Positions 1 through 14,411 of a DNA stretch of 64,000 bases are shown here, in pieces. The notes beneath the pieces were generated by a model, which ran no database searches, was not told where the DNA came from, and saw only the letters and a list, made by a program, of their open reading frames with translations. The translations under genes were made by a program, and so were the position numbers. Positions within the stretch are counted from its first letter, which is position 1. Every line of letters starts with the position of its first letter. The stretch lies in NCBI RefSeq assembly GCF_009914755.1, contig NC_060932.1. One strand, given 5' to 3'. This DNA comes from the human T2T-CHM13v2.0 reference genome, Homo sapiens.

Positions 1-1843
1 AATACGAATTGAATGGGATTGTAACTAGGAGCCTCTTGTAACAGGTTAGAGCCTTGTAGAGTCGGAAATGTTTCTCTCCTTCGGTATGGATTTAGATGTG
101 ACTGTTCCTGAAAATTACTTGTTTTTAGTGGAGTGAGTGTGTCTTTTGTTCAAATATTTACTCACAGTACAGGACAAGATGGCAACCATGTCTTAAAAGA
201 TGTAGATGACCCTTGCTGGAGGAAGAAATATAAAAATGAGTTGGGCTGAGCTTGATTCAATGCAGCTGGTTACTCATACATTAATTTATTTCTGATTGGA
301 TAACCAAAACACTCTTGGAAGTTTTATAAATGTACTATCAACCACCCTTATTGCCTTATCTCGATGATGGAGAATATATGAAATTTTAATCATATTAGGG
401 TGGAAATGGGTTGACTCTGGCTTAGAAAGGGATGAACATTCTTTTCTCTTTGGAGCTGGAGAATTCAAGACCTGGACCCAGAGGTGGGAAAATCAGAGAG
501 ATCCTAGGTGGTGATATTTGAGCTGTAATCTTCCACATAGGAGCGGCAGCAGGCTCAAGAGAATCTCTGGATTTGAATCTGGGCTTGTGTGCCCTCAGGA
601 TAACTAGAAGCAATGTAACATGCTGACTGGACATTTATTTCATTTCCAAAAATTTCGTAAAGTTTGTGAAACATAGTAAGTTGTTTTTGACTTCATTCTC
701 AAGGAGTCAAGTAGGTGGGTTTTTTCTATCCTTACAGCATCTTGAAGAAGCTGGGTAGAAGAAAACAAGAGTTGCTTTGGTTTGGAAAAAGGATTTCTGG
801 CAGAAGTGAGAGGCAGTCACCAAGACTGCAACTAGAACAGTTGAACTGCCCACGGGGATTCTTGAAAGTTACCTGGGGCGGGAAATATAAAGTAAAGATG
901 GATAATTTGGCACAGGAAAACTTGGAGAATTGCATATTGTATATTAAAAGAAATACGCACTTTAAAAAAAAACATGGTAGGATATGGTGCAATAAAGCAG
1001 ACATCCAATTCAGCTTCGGGAGGTCAGAGAAGTCTTCCTGAAAGAGATAGGATTTGAATGAAATCCTAAATAATGGGCATTTGATTAGGCCAATTTGTTC
1101 TCATTTCTTACAGGCAGAGGAAGTGGCATGCTCAATGGCTGGAAGGCAAATTAAAAGAAAGAAAGAAAGAAAAAAAGAGATGGCATATCTGGGAACTGCA
1201 GGTAGCTTGGAGAATTTCTTACATTTATGGAAACTTGGATTTTATCCCAATAACAGTGGGGAATCACTGAACAGTTTTATATCAGTTCTCACTTAGATTT
1301 TAGAACTAGTAAGATTGAAAAGAAGCAGTAGGACCAGTGAGAACTTTTTTGTACTACAGATGAAAAAGGACCATTGTCTATGCCAAGCAAGGGCATTGGG
1401 TATAATGAGAAACAGACGAAATCAGGTCATTTCTAGAAGATATCAATAGGCTAAGGTGATAACTTGAATATGATAGTAGGGGAATGAAGACTCAGAGATA
1501 ACTTCAGATTTCCTGGCTTGGGCAAACTTAAGTTTTCTGGGTGGATGCTGGCGTCTTTCCATAAAAAAAAAAAAAAAAAATAGAAGTCACAGCTATTCTG
1601 GGGGTGGGTAGAAAATTAAGACTTTAATTTTGGCGACTAAGCTCTCTGTATAATAAAAAATATTCAGTAAACCTTTGACTAGATTGGTCTGAAAGTCACA
1701 GAAATGTCTGACTTGAAGGCACAGAAAAGGGGATGTAAATGTCACATCAATGTTAACTAAACACATAGCAGTGGAATGCAAAACTCAACTAGAATGCCGA
1801 AGTGGGAATATTAGAGGACAGGAGGTATATCTCTGATGCACAC

Positions 1844-1845
<2 letters not shown>

Positions 1846-1880
<35 letters not shown>
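1846..1880. repeat. (CA)n microsatellite
   Basis: Direct reading, about 17 CA units. Confidence 0.95.
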
Positions 1881-1881
<1 letters not shown>

Positions 1882-2333
1882 TCAAAGCATATGTGGAAAA
1901 AGAAGCACTGGAAAATCAGACTGACTGAAGATTGACCCAGGATACAAAAGGAAAATGAGAAAAGTGTGGATTTATAGAAGCAAAATGAAGAATTGTAAGA
2001 AAGAGTTGAACAACGAAGTGGAATGATAAAAAGAGATCAGAAAGAAAAGTGCTGAAAGGTTTTCATTGGATTTCAAGGGTTTTGTAACAAGGTAATCAAT
2101 GGAGTTTCTCTGTCAAGGGAAATTTTATCACAAGGGTGGATGCAAAAGAGTGAGTGCACGGGAGGCGAGGACATATACGGAATGAAACAGTGTCACTGAA
2201 GAGGGAAGGGAAAGAAGTAAACATACCTGACGTGTGCATTAGGTCACAGACGTGTGTTTTAAGACAAGAAAGGCGTGAGGATATCTGGGAAAGAGGCAAT
2301 AATCAGGGGTATTTTAAAGATGTAGGAGAAAGT

Positions 2334-2821
<488 letters not shown>

Positions 2822-3676
2822 CTACGGCGAGAATAAAGTAGTACTGGTAGGAGTGGAGTGCCTGAGAAAAAGAGATGTTTTGAAATAGCTGCTTTTGGAG
2901 AGAGAGTTGGGCAGCGAAATACAGAAGGATTGCCAGATAGTGTGTAACGCTTGTTGAAAATTTAAGTTGTTGGCTTTAATGGCACCAAATATGCGACTGT
3001 ACAATGTTTTTCAGCAGGGCTCAAGAGACCAGGTACAAGTGCATGGAAGGGGGTTGAGACTGATTTGTGGTGGGAGTGTTTTTCTGAGCAGGTTTTTATG
3101 AAGGCAGCAGAAAACAAGGGAAATCAAGACACTGGGAAGGGTGTAGTTAAGGTTATGAATCAAAGGGTTTAGAAAGAAAGTGAAAGATACAAGGAAAATA
3201 ATACATAAAAGGGAAATGAAAATGGGAGTGTCAAGAAATTACAAGTCTAATTAAAGTGGAGAAATAGCTGCAATCAGCTGGAAAAATTGGAGAGTGGGAT
3301 ACTGGAGTTTGGAGAGTCTTTTTTTCGGAGATGACAAGGCTTAAGATGTGGCTGTTAATTTAGGTTTCTGGAATGGAGTCAAGTACTCTTATTATTAAAG
3401 GAGGCATGGAACTAGTAACCAATAAAAACATGAAGCAGCATGATTTTCATTATGCCAAAAATATCTTGTCTTAATTAGAGAACAAAATAATATTACTATA
3501 TTATTTTAAATGTGCTTTTATATAAACACTGCTCTGTTTAAAACTTTTATTAATATTAGAAATAAACACTCCCTAGAAAGGCTACCTAAAACTTATTTCT
3601 AAATAACTGAAATTTATTTTTCATGAGGTTAATCAGATTTTTCCTCCTTTGTCTTCTAGTGTAAGAATTAATATTG

Positions 3677-4383
<707 letters not shown>

Positions 4384-5356
4384 AATTGATAGTCTGGAAT
4401 AATAACAAATGCCCTGGTTCTGTCTTCTCTCCCTGCATTAAACTTCTGAGGAGAGCCAGAGGTTTTGTACCCTTTAATGTATTACTTTGTCTGAGCAATC
4501 TCACTTCTCCTATGAGAAGCTTCTTTTGATGAAAAACTTATAGCCCCTGGGATATCTCTGCTACATATACTTTAGCCAGCAACCCAAGTCAGGCCTGAAA
4601 GGCAGCAAACATTGGTCTAAATTGATCTTCATCTATATATGGTCTTATATTTGTTCAATCATTCTGTTTTCACTGACCATATGGCCAAGATGAGAAAAAT
4701 AGGAAAAAAAAATATCAATTTGTGGTTAGTATCATCTAACTTTGAAAATAGTAGTCATAGCAACATGTTGTTTCTTAAAAACCACCTCATTGTTTTTATT
4801 ACCTCATACATAATTTGAAATTGAACACTTATTAAATATTGTTGATTACTATAAGATGAGCCTACAGACAGTAATTACAGTGTTGTCTTCAGGCACAGCT
4901 GAGAAAGAGCTATGTATAAACAATAATGTTGCATTTTGTCTCTGTGGTACAAAAATATAATGAGTCAATTACTGTAAACTTGGCTTTTAAACTAAGAATC
5001 CTCACGGAAAACAGCTCAGTAGGAAAGAGGAAGACAAACCATTTGTAAACTATATGGAACTTACATTTTTAAGCTATTTAAATAAGAGGAAAACATGAGT
5101 GATGAGAATATACTGGTTTTAAAATTCTACATATATCATTAGTGATTATACTAAATGAATCCACAGATGCAGAACATTAAAAATATTATGTCTGTGAGTA
5201 TACAGTGGCAACTCAGTTGACATGATAATTCAAGAAAGAGGAGACAACACTGGACGGGTTTGCTAAATAGGTCTAATTCCTCAAACTCCAGTATCTTGAT
5301 TTTATTCTCCGTCATATTAACAACTAGAAATATTCCCATTTACAAAGAATGAAATG

Positions 5357-5983
5357 TGTATTAGTTAGGGTTCTCCAGAGAAGGAGAACCAAATGGATAT
5401 CTACAAAAAAGAGAGAGATATATATATCGAAAGAAGTAGAGCTGCATCAAAGAGGATTTATCAGGGGAATTGGCTCAATTGATTATGGAGGCTGAGAAGT
5501 CTCACAGTATGGCATCTGCAAGCTGGAGAACCAGGGAAGCTGGTGCTGCTTAGTCCTAGTCTGAAGTCCTGTGAATCAGGGAAGCTGATGGTGTGACTCA
5601 GTCCAAGGCCTAAGAGCTGAAAATCTAGATGTTTGCTGGTCCAAGTCCCAGAGTCCAAAGCTGGAGAATTTGGAGTTCTGATGTCCAAGGGTAGGAGGAA
5701 AAAGGTGTCCAAGGAAGAGGGAAAGGGAGAGGGAGAAAATGAGAATAAATGAATCTGTCTTCCTTCCTTCCTTCCCTCTCTCTGCCTTTTTATTCTATTT
5801 AGGCCTCCAGCTGATTCTATGCTGCCTGTTCACATAGAGTTTACACAGAGTGAGGGTGGAGCTTCCTTACTCAATACTGATTCAATACCAATCTCCCTCA
5901 TAGACATACCCCAAAATAATGCATTACTAGCTATTTGTGTATCCCTTAGTCAGTCAAGGTGACACCTAAAATTAGCCATCACA
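5357..5983 (-). mobile_element. MLT2B-type ERV-L solo LTR
   Basis: tgtattagttagggttctccagag...gacacctaaaattagccatcaca termini; TSD aaatg/gaatg. Confidence 0.85.
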
Positions 5984-6165
5984 GAATGTAATCCAATGAT
6001 TACAGCATATCTGAAGAGCAAGGTCAACACCAAACCCTCATTACTGGAAGTTGAGCATGAGATGTCAAATCTATTTTCATATTAGAATAGAAATATGTAT
6101 AAATCTATTTAACTAGCCTTGATTTTATATTATATTGTTTCTGTGAGGGACACACCTCTTTTTTA

Positions 6166-7222
6166 AGTTTTTTATTATTATTTTTTTTTATTATACTTTA
6201 AGTTCTAGGGTACATATACCCAACGTCCAGGTTTGTTTACATAGGTATACGTGTGTCATGTTGGTTTGCTGCATCCATCAACTTGTCATTTACATTAGTA
6301 ATTTCTCCTAATGCTATCCCATCCCCAGCCACCCAACCCCCCGACAAGCCCCAGTGTGTAATGTTCCCCGCCCTGTGTCCAAGTGTTCTCATTGTTCAAT
6401 TCCTACCTATGAGGGAGAACATGCAGAGTGTGGTTTCCCGTCCTTGTGATAGTTTGCTGAGAATGATGGTTTCCAGCTTCATCCATGTCCCTGCGAAGGA
6501 CATGAACTTATTCTTTTTTATGGCTGCATAGTATTCCTTGCAGTATATGTGTCACATTTTCTTAATCCAGTCTAACATTGATGGATATTTGGGTTGGTTC
6601 CAAGTCTTTGCTATTGTGAGTAGTGCCACATGAAACATACGTGTGCATGTGTCTTTATAGTAGCATGATTTATAATCCTTCAGGTATATACCCAGTAATG
6701 GGATTGCTGGGTCAAATAGTATTTCTAGTTCTAGATCCTTGAAGAATCACCACACTGTCTTCCACAGTGGTTGAACTAATTTACACTCCCACCAACAGTG
6801 TTAAAGTGTTTCTATTGCTCCACATCCTCTCCGGCATCTGTTGTTTCCTGACTTTTTAATGATTGCCATTCTAACTGGTGTGAGATGGTATCTCATTGTG
6901 GTTTTGATTTGCATTTCTCTGATGACCGGTGAGGATGAGCATTTTTTCATGTGTCTGTTGGCTGCATAAATGTCTTCCTCTGAGAAGTGTCTGTTCCTAT
7001 CCTTTGCCCATTTTTTGATGAGGTTGTTTTTTCTTGTAAATTTGTTTAAGTTCTTTGCAGATTCTGGATATTAACCTTTTGTCAGATGGGTAGATTGCAA
7101 CAATTTTCTCCCATTCTATAGGTTGCCTGTTCACTCTGATGGTAGTTTCTTTTGCCATGGAGAAGCTCTTTAGTTTAGTTAATTCCCATTTGTCTATTTT
7201 GCCTTTTGTTACCATTGCTTTT
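6166..7222 (-). mobile_element. 5'-truncated L1PA (about L1PA7/8), ORF2 3' end plus 3' UTR
   Basis: T-rich tail then ttatactttaagttctaggg; ORF2 C-terminal peptide in ORF 6997..7215; TSD cacctctttttta / cacctttttta. Confidence 0.92.
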
Positions 7223-7621
7223 CACCTTTTTTACTGGAACTACTCTTAGCGGCCCAACTGGGACCTCAAGGAAATTAAGGGTGATGGGCTGTCCTGGCTT
7301 GCAAAACTGTAGGTGATTTTCTTCTTGACATAATGCCTAATTGGCAGCCCTGGGAAAAGGGCACGTATCTCTATTCTTTAGTTCAGAAGTATATCATATT
7401 ATCAAGGAAAAGGAAAAAGAAAACTTTATGCATTGTAACATTTTATAATCACCTCTTAGAATTTGGCTCCTTCTGTCACGTAAATCTGATTTCTAAAACT
7501 GATAAAGACTACACATAAAATGGATGTAGACACATTTCACTTGTGAATATTGATCCAAAAGTCCTAAATAAATTTTTAGCAAACAAAATTCAACAGTACC
7601 TAAAAATATAAACCACCATGC

Positions 7622-7795
7622 ACACGCAGTAGGTCATGCATGGGAAGCTGAGGCAGAAGGATTGTTCGAGACCAGGATTTTGAGACCAGCCTGGGCCATA
7701 TAGTGAGACCTATCTCTACAAAAAAAAAAAAAAAAACAAAAAACATTAGCTATGTACGATAACACACACCTGTAGTCCTAGCTACTTGGGAGGCT
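7622..7795 (+). mobile_element. AluJ-like element truncated in the right arm and fused to LTR12
   Basis: Left arm, A-rich linker and right-arm start (cctgtagtcctagctacttgggaggct), then an abrupt switch to LTR12. Confidence 0.85.
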
Positions 7796-9062
7796 CAGGA
7801 CCTGAAGCCTGCCGTGCCTGAGTCCACCCGCCGTGGGCTCTCATGCAGCCTGAGCCTCCTGAACGGGCGCTGCCCCCTGCTCTGTGGCGCCCGGTCCCAT
7901 TGACCGCACAAGGACTGAGGAGTGCAGGCGCGCCCTCGCGCCACGTGGGACTGGCGGGCAGCTCCACCCAAGGCCCCAGGGACGGATCCACTAGGCGAAG
8001 CCAGCTGGGCTCCTGAGTCAGGTTGGTACTTGGAGAACTTTTATGTCTGGCTGGAGGATTGTATATGCGCCAATCAGCACTCTGTGCCTTGCTCAAGGTT
8101 GGTAAACGCACCAATCATTGCTCTGTGTCTAGCTAATCTAGTGGGGACTTGGAGAACTTTTACCTCTAGTTAGAGGATTGTAAAAGCACCAATCAGCACT
8201 CTGTGTCTAGCTAAAGGCTTGTAAACACACCAATCAGTGCTCTGTGTCTAGCTAATCTGGTGGGGACTTGGAGAACTTTTATGTCTAGCTGGAGGACTGT
8301 AAATGCACCTATCAGCACTCTTTGGGTAGCTCAAGGTTTCTAAACACACTAATCAGTACCCTGTGTCTAGCTCAAGTTATGTAAATGCACCAATTAGTGC
8401 TCTGTGTCTAGCTAATGTAGTGGGGACTTTGAGAACTTTCGTGTCTAGCTGAGGAATTGTAAATGCACCAATCAGCACTCTGTGTCTAGCTCAAGGTTGG
8501 TAAATGCACCAATCAGCACCCTGTCAAAACGGAGCAATCAGCTCTCTGTAAAAGGTACCAATCAGCAGGATGTGGGTGGGGTCAGATAAGGGAGTAAAAG
8601 CAGGCTGCCCCAGCCAGCCTTGGCAACCAGCTTGGATCCCCTTCCATGCTGTGGAAGCTTTGTTCTTTTGCTCTTTGCAATAAATCTTGCTGCTGCTCAC
8701 TCTTTGGGTGTGCACTGCCTTTCTGAGCTTTAACACTCACTGCAAAAGTCTGCAGCTTCACTCCTGAGGCCAGCGAGACCACGAACCCACCCGGAGGAAT
8801 GAACATCTCCAGACAGGAGGAACGAACAACTCCAGATGTACCGTTTTAAGAGCTGTAACACTCACTGCAAAGGTCTGCAGCTTCACTCCTGAAGCCAGCG
8901 AGAACACGAACCCACCAGAAGGAAGAAACTCCAAACATGTCCGAACATCAGAAGGAACAAACTCCGGACACACCATCTTTAAGAACTGTAACACTCACCG
9001 CGAGGGTCCTTGGCTTCATTCTTGAAATCATTGAGACCAAGAACCCACCAATTCTGGACACG
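7792..9062 (+). mobile_element. LTR12 (ERV9, LTR12C/D type) solo LTR, 5' part missing
   Basis: GC-rich U3 (ggatccactaggcgaagccagctgggctcctgag), ~40-bp tandem units tgtaaatgcaccaatcagcactctgtgtctagct, AATAAA at 8679, U5 repeats, end aagaacccaccaattctggacac. Confidence 0.93.
8070..8600 (+). promoter_or_regulatory. LTR12 U3 NF-Y (CCAAT) array with GATA site
   Basis: Intact CCAAT at 8070, 8111, 8189, 8230, 8390, 8468, 8509 and 8558; agataag at ~8584. Activity is not shown by sequence. Confidence 0.6.
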
Positions 9063-9582
9063 TTATGATTTCTATTTTAACGCTAATGCTGGGCAGTTGT
9101 GTCTGAACTCCCAAAGGAATGGGGTATAAGGAGTCATCTGTTTGACCTCCTTTCTTTTCCCATCATGGCTGGGAATTCAGTTTCTTTTTTTTTTTTTTTT
9201 TTTTGAAAAGGCGTCTTGCTCTGTCCCCCAGGCTGGAGTGCAGTGGCGTGATCTTGGCTCACTGCAAGCTCCGCCTCCTGAGTTCACGCCATTCTCCTGT
9301 CTCAGCCTCCCGAGTAGCGGGACTACAGGCGTCCGCCGCCATGCGTGGCTAATTTTTTGTATTTTTAGTAGAGACGGGGTTTCACCGTGTTTGCCAGGAT
9401 GGTCTCGATCTCCTGACCTCATGATCCGCCCCTCTCGGCCTCCCAAAGTGCTGGGATTACAGGCATGAGCCACCGCGCCCGGCCCGGAAATTCAGTTTTC
9501 CAGGTTTGTTTGGGTCCACTTGTCACAGAGAGGGTTTGTTCAGTTGGTTGATGGGGGTTAAGGATTTTAGTTTTAGTTTACA
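9063..9582 (-). mobile_element. MER4-family ERV1 LTR, 5' part only; host of LTR12 and an AluY
   Basis: Homologous to 17640-17855 (atgctggtcagttgtgcctgaattcc...); ends ttttagtttaca. Confidence 0.8.
9185..9484 (-). mobile_element. AluY
   Basis: Poly-T, AluY diagnostics, TSD ggaattcagttt / gaaattcagttt. Confidence 0.93.
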
Positions 9583-9663
9583 GGTAGTTGAAAACAGATA
9601 TTTTTCCCCTTTTTCATTTAAATTCTTGTTTCACAGATATATTATAAAGTGGATAACTTAGGG

Positions 9664-9981
9664 CAAGGGCCAGCATTATGACCTACAGTGTTTTTGTGTA
9701 AGGCTTCAGAACTAAAGAATAGCTTTCATAGTTTTTAATGGTTGAAAGAAAAAATGCAAAGAATAATATTTAGTGACGTGAAAATTACATGAAATTCAAA
9801 TTTCAGTTCATAAAGTTTTTTTAAAATTGCAGCCTCATTCATTCATTTACCTATTGTATATGGCTGTTTTCACACAACAACAGAATTGAGTAGTTGTGAC
9901 AAAGACAGTGTCACACACATAGTCTGCAAAGCCTAAAATATTTACTATATTGCTCTTAAGGAGAAAGTTTGCCTAGCCTTC
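9664..9981. mobile_element. MER58B-like hAT-Charlie DNA transposon
   Basis: gaaaattacatgaaattcaaatttcag, gagtagttgtgacaaagac and gcctaaaatatttactat blocks; 8-bp TSD-like acttaggg/gtctaggg. Confidence 0.8.
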
Positions 9982-10146
9982 GTCTAGGGACACATTTGTT
10001 TCACAGGGACAGTCAGACTTGAATACTGGAAAGAAAATGGACAGAAGTTAGTTATTGTGCAGTTGTCACTTTATTTAAAGTCATCCTACCTTAAGATGAA
10101 AGTGCTTTAGCTTTCTGTGAATATAGGTATATCATGTGTGTATAAG

Positions 10147-10614
10147 CGTGAGGTCCTCTGAACGGGCTACACCATGGTCGAGCCATTGTGACCCCTGTGG
10201 CCCATACGTACAGGCCTCCTGGAGTCACAAAGCCTGGAGCAACAGGAAAACCACTAAAGAAGGAGAAACAGCTAGTTCCTGCCTTAACTGATTAGCCGAC
10301 CTTCCAACATTCCACCATTGTGATATGTTCCTGCCCTACCCAAAGTAATCCATTGACCTTGTGATACTGTGCCTTGTGACCTCCCCCCACCTTGTGACTA
10401 TGCACCTTGTGACATTATTCCCCTGCTGGAAAAAACGGCCCCTAACTGTAACTTTCCAATGTTTACCCCTTACCTATGAAACTAACTCCAATCCCACCAC
10501 CCTCCGCTGACTCTCTTTTCGGACTCAGCCCGCTCGTACCTGAGTGAATAAACAGCCTTGTTGCTCACACTTAGCCTGTTCAGGGTGTCTCTTCAATTCG
10601 ATGCGTGCAGAACA
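10147..10614 (+). mobile_element. HERV-H/F-group solo LTR (LTR7-related, probably LTR46)
   Basis: gttcctgccttaactga, cattccaccattgtgat, ctgactctcttttcggactcagcccgc and aataaacagccttgttgctcacac blocks shared with LTR7; TSD ataag/gtaag. Confidence 0.8.
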
Positions 10615-10739
10615 GTAAGTACATGATGTCATATGACAGACAAATTCCATACTCCATAACGGATTTCCAGAGTAGATGCTGATTTTTTTTTTTTTTTTCT
10701 TCCTGATCGGGCTATGGGAATCATGACATTCAGGTTTTT

Positions 10740-11060
10740 CACCTTTCCAGGCTTCCTTGTAGCTAGGGCTGGCAATATGACCTAATTTTGGCCAGTGAAA
10801 CATAGGTTGGGGAATGTAAGTTTTAAGACCTGGAAAACTTTTGCTTTCCTGATAAATAGGTTTAAAAGTTTCCAAGTTACTCCAGTTTTCTAAAGTTTCC
10901 CAATTACTCCACTTCTCTAAGTGTACTCACTGGTTCTTCCAGCTTTGAATGCAGAAGCGATAGCTAAAGCTGTAGCCGCCATGCCATGGCCATGAGCCAA
11001 AGTCAAGGGAATAAGAGACGTCAACCATGACATCTTTGAACTGCTGAGCAAGAAGGACCC
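10740..11060 (+). mobile_element. Old MLT1 (J/K-like) LTR fragment
   Basis: ccaggcttccttgtagctagg...tgacctaattttggccagtgaaa motif typical of old MLT1 LTRs. Confidence 0.5.
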
Positions 11061-13226
11061 TCAGAAAAAGAGTACTAGAATTAGCTCCAGTAAGTATAGG
11101 TCCCATATCATCTGAGACTGCACAAACTTCCTGAAAACAACAAGGTTCATCCACTCTCTTCCTGAAACGACTAAGCATTAATTCAATGGCATCAATCTCC
11201 TGGCATCATACAAGTATATTTATTCACATATAGACTAATACTGAAAGTGAAAAGCTAGACGTAGACTAGCCTTAGAGGTATTGTCTACAATCTTTTCTCA
11301 TGCCTTCTTTCTCCTTATGCCTTCTGAGGCTTTAAGTACCTTTGTCTAAGCCCTACTCTTTGATTGTTTTATTTTTTCATTCACTTTAAGCGCTACGTTT
11401 TGAATCTATTTCCTTTTCTCCTTGTGCCAATGCTAATTCTTTCTTTTCTGCTTAATTAATATGTAGCAACTTTTTATTAACAGCAACCAATATACTGTTG
11501 GCAAATTGCGCATTGTAGTGTCAGAATGATGCAGGCAACATTCTTTTACACTAACTCCAAATCTCTGCCAATCTATCCTTTTGGTAATTTTCATCCCATG
11601 TTATAAGCAATAGTTTCAAGGTCTTTCTCTCCCCTAGGAAAAGAGGTTCACAATGAAGTGCTTGTTCCTTAGGGATGTAAAACAACATTTAAGGAAAAGT
11701 CTTACTTTTGGAAATAATACAACAAACCTGTGGCACATGGATTATTTTAGTACCTGAGTATTTCCTGATTAATATTTTAACCTATTTCCAATTTCTCAGA
11801 GGACTTTCGGCATGTAGAGATAGCTATTAGCCCAATTTAATATTTTCTCTACTTCCCGAAAGCCCGTCAAGAAAGTAAAGAAACAATAAATTTTATATTA
11901 AAAAGCTGCCAAATTTACAACTACAGAGTTCATATCCAGAAAGTTCTATGAGATCATGACAAGAGGCTCATGAAATCTTCACATAAAACCTGGGTTCTTA
12001 ATCATTCACAGCAGTCCAAAGGCAGGTGGATTGCTGACTATTATTTCTGATTATAGTACCTAATGGAACCACCATATTATGCACCTAATATTATTTCCTA
12101 GCTATTTTTGTTATGGTCCCAGAGTTGTTCAAACAAAACACTAACAGACAACACAAAACATTGCAGCCATTTCGGTTTCAGTGAAAATGCACTCATTTTT
12201 GAATGGCATAAAATATGCTATACATATGTGCTATAGGAAACCAATTGTATTATTTGCATAACCATTCAAGAAATTAAACATGCAACCATCTAGCTTTAAG
12301 GGCACAAAATAATTTAATGCGCCAGTGATACAATTAACAATGTCCGGTAGGAAAATTTCAAAATTGGGAAGAATTAAATTCCCCAATACAAACATGCCAT
12401 TTCTTTAAAAAAAATTGTATTTTTTTGACAAACAATAAGCCAAATGAAATGAGCTAGTTCACAGTATTTGAGAAACTTCCCTACTTGCCTCTTTAAAACT
12501 TTAGTTGTTGTAATCTGGGTTTTGGTGGACTTATAACCTGCCTTAATTTTTAAATATACCTGAGGGGGAAAAAAAAATCTCCCAGAGACAAATTCCCACA
12601 AAATCAAGCCAATTCCCATAAATGGGTGAACTCCCACTGAGACAGTACGGCGTTGTTTCTTTTAGTCTTATGCAAGGACAGATAAAGTAACAATAAACAA
12701 GCATCTTTGAAACCAAGTATTCTAAAGAAAGGTCTTCTCTGCTGTTGATTTTGGGCAGGCAGCAGGGACCTGTATCAATGCAGCTCTCCTGCAGACCCTC
12801 ACCTATAAAGTGCAGGAGGTTTTTCCCAATTTAGAAAAGAAAAACATCAAGTAAACAAAAAAAGATTTAACCACAGTAAATTACTCCCTTAGAAAGAAAA
12901 AATGTATATATATTTTTTAATGTATAAAGCAAGCTGACAAGTACTTTGTGTTACTCGGGGTAATTTGGTTGTCTGTGAGAGGATATGCAACTTGAGCAAG
13001 TTAAGCAAACTGAGAATTTAGTGGGTTATATTGGTAACCAGAAACCAAGCCACAGAAAAAGCAGGGAGACATCTGGAGATCGGAAGCCCTGTATCCAAGG
13101 ACTCGAACAACTGAAGGGCTTTCTCCATGTTTCCTACACCTGCTGGTTCTGCAGCTTCATTATGTCAGTTTGGCTTCTTTACGTCTTCATAAGTACATGG
13201 TCTTGAAATCAATGAGGTTATTCTTA

Positions 13227-13631
<405 letters not shown>

Positions 13632-13664
13632 TCAGAGCACTGTCAGAATAAGAATGCAGGAGTT

Positions 13665-13964
13665 GGCTGGGTGCGGTGACTCACGCCTGTAATCCCAGCA
13701 CTTTGGGAGGCTGAGGCGGGTGGATCACGAGGTCAGGAGAATGAGATTTTCCTGGCTAACATGGCAAAACCCCGTCTCTGCTAAAAACACAAAAAATTAG
13801 CCAGTCGTGGTGGCATGCACCTGTAGTCCTAGCTACTCGGGAGGCTGAGGCAGGAGAATCGCTTGAACCCAGGTGGCTCGCTTGCAGTGAGCCAAGATCA
13901 CGCCACTGCACTCCAGCCTGGGTGACAGAGCGAGACTCCATCTCAGAAAAGAAAAAAAAAAAAA
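13665..13964 (+). mobile_element. AluS/AluY-type Alu, full length
   Basis: Dimer plus A tail; TSD aagaatgcaggagtt / aaaattgcaggagtc. Confidence 0.92.
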
Positions 13965-14100
13965 TTGCAGGAGTCACCTAAAAGAAATTGAAGTTCAATA
14001 TGTATCAAACTATTTATACACATATATTAACATCCATTAAAATTTATACAATTTGTGCTTTTTGTAATAGAGCCATATTTGTTCAAAGCAATGTTTTCTT

Positions 14101-14411
14101 GTGTGTGTGTATGTTTTTTTTCTTTTTTTGGAGATGGAGCCTCTCTCTGTCACCCAGACTGGAGTGCAGTGGTAAAATCTTGGCTCATTGCAATCTCCAC
14201 CTCCTGGGTTCAAGCGATTCTCCTTCCTCAGCCTTCGAGTAGCTGGGATTACAGACACACACAGCTACATCTGGCTAATTTTTTGTATTTTAGTAGAGAC
14301 AGGGTTTCACCATGTTGCCCAGGCTGGTCTCAAACTCCTGAGCTCAGGCAATCTGCCCACCTGAGCCTCCCAAAGTGCTGGGATTACAGGCATGAGCCAA
14401 TGAGCCCAGCC
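14101..14411 (-). mobile_element. AluS with an (AC)n microsatellite at the tail end
   Basis: Reverse Alu; TSD aaagcaatgttttctt / aaagcagtatttcctt encloses gtgtgtgtgtatg plus poly-T. Confidence 0.92.

Noticed and set aside
1563-1580. Isolated 18-nt poly(A)
   Set aside because: No element body or clear TSD; cannot be told apart from homopolymer expansion.
8030-8530. Regular ~40-bp repeats resembling a CRISPR array
   Set aside because: Contiguous LTR12 U3 tandem repeats without unique spacers, in primate DNA.
10865-10918. 27-bp degenerate tandem duplication
   Set aside because: Ordinary slippage product inside an old LTR.
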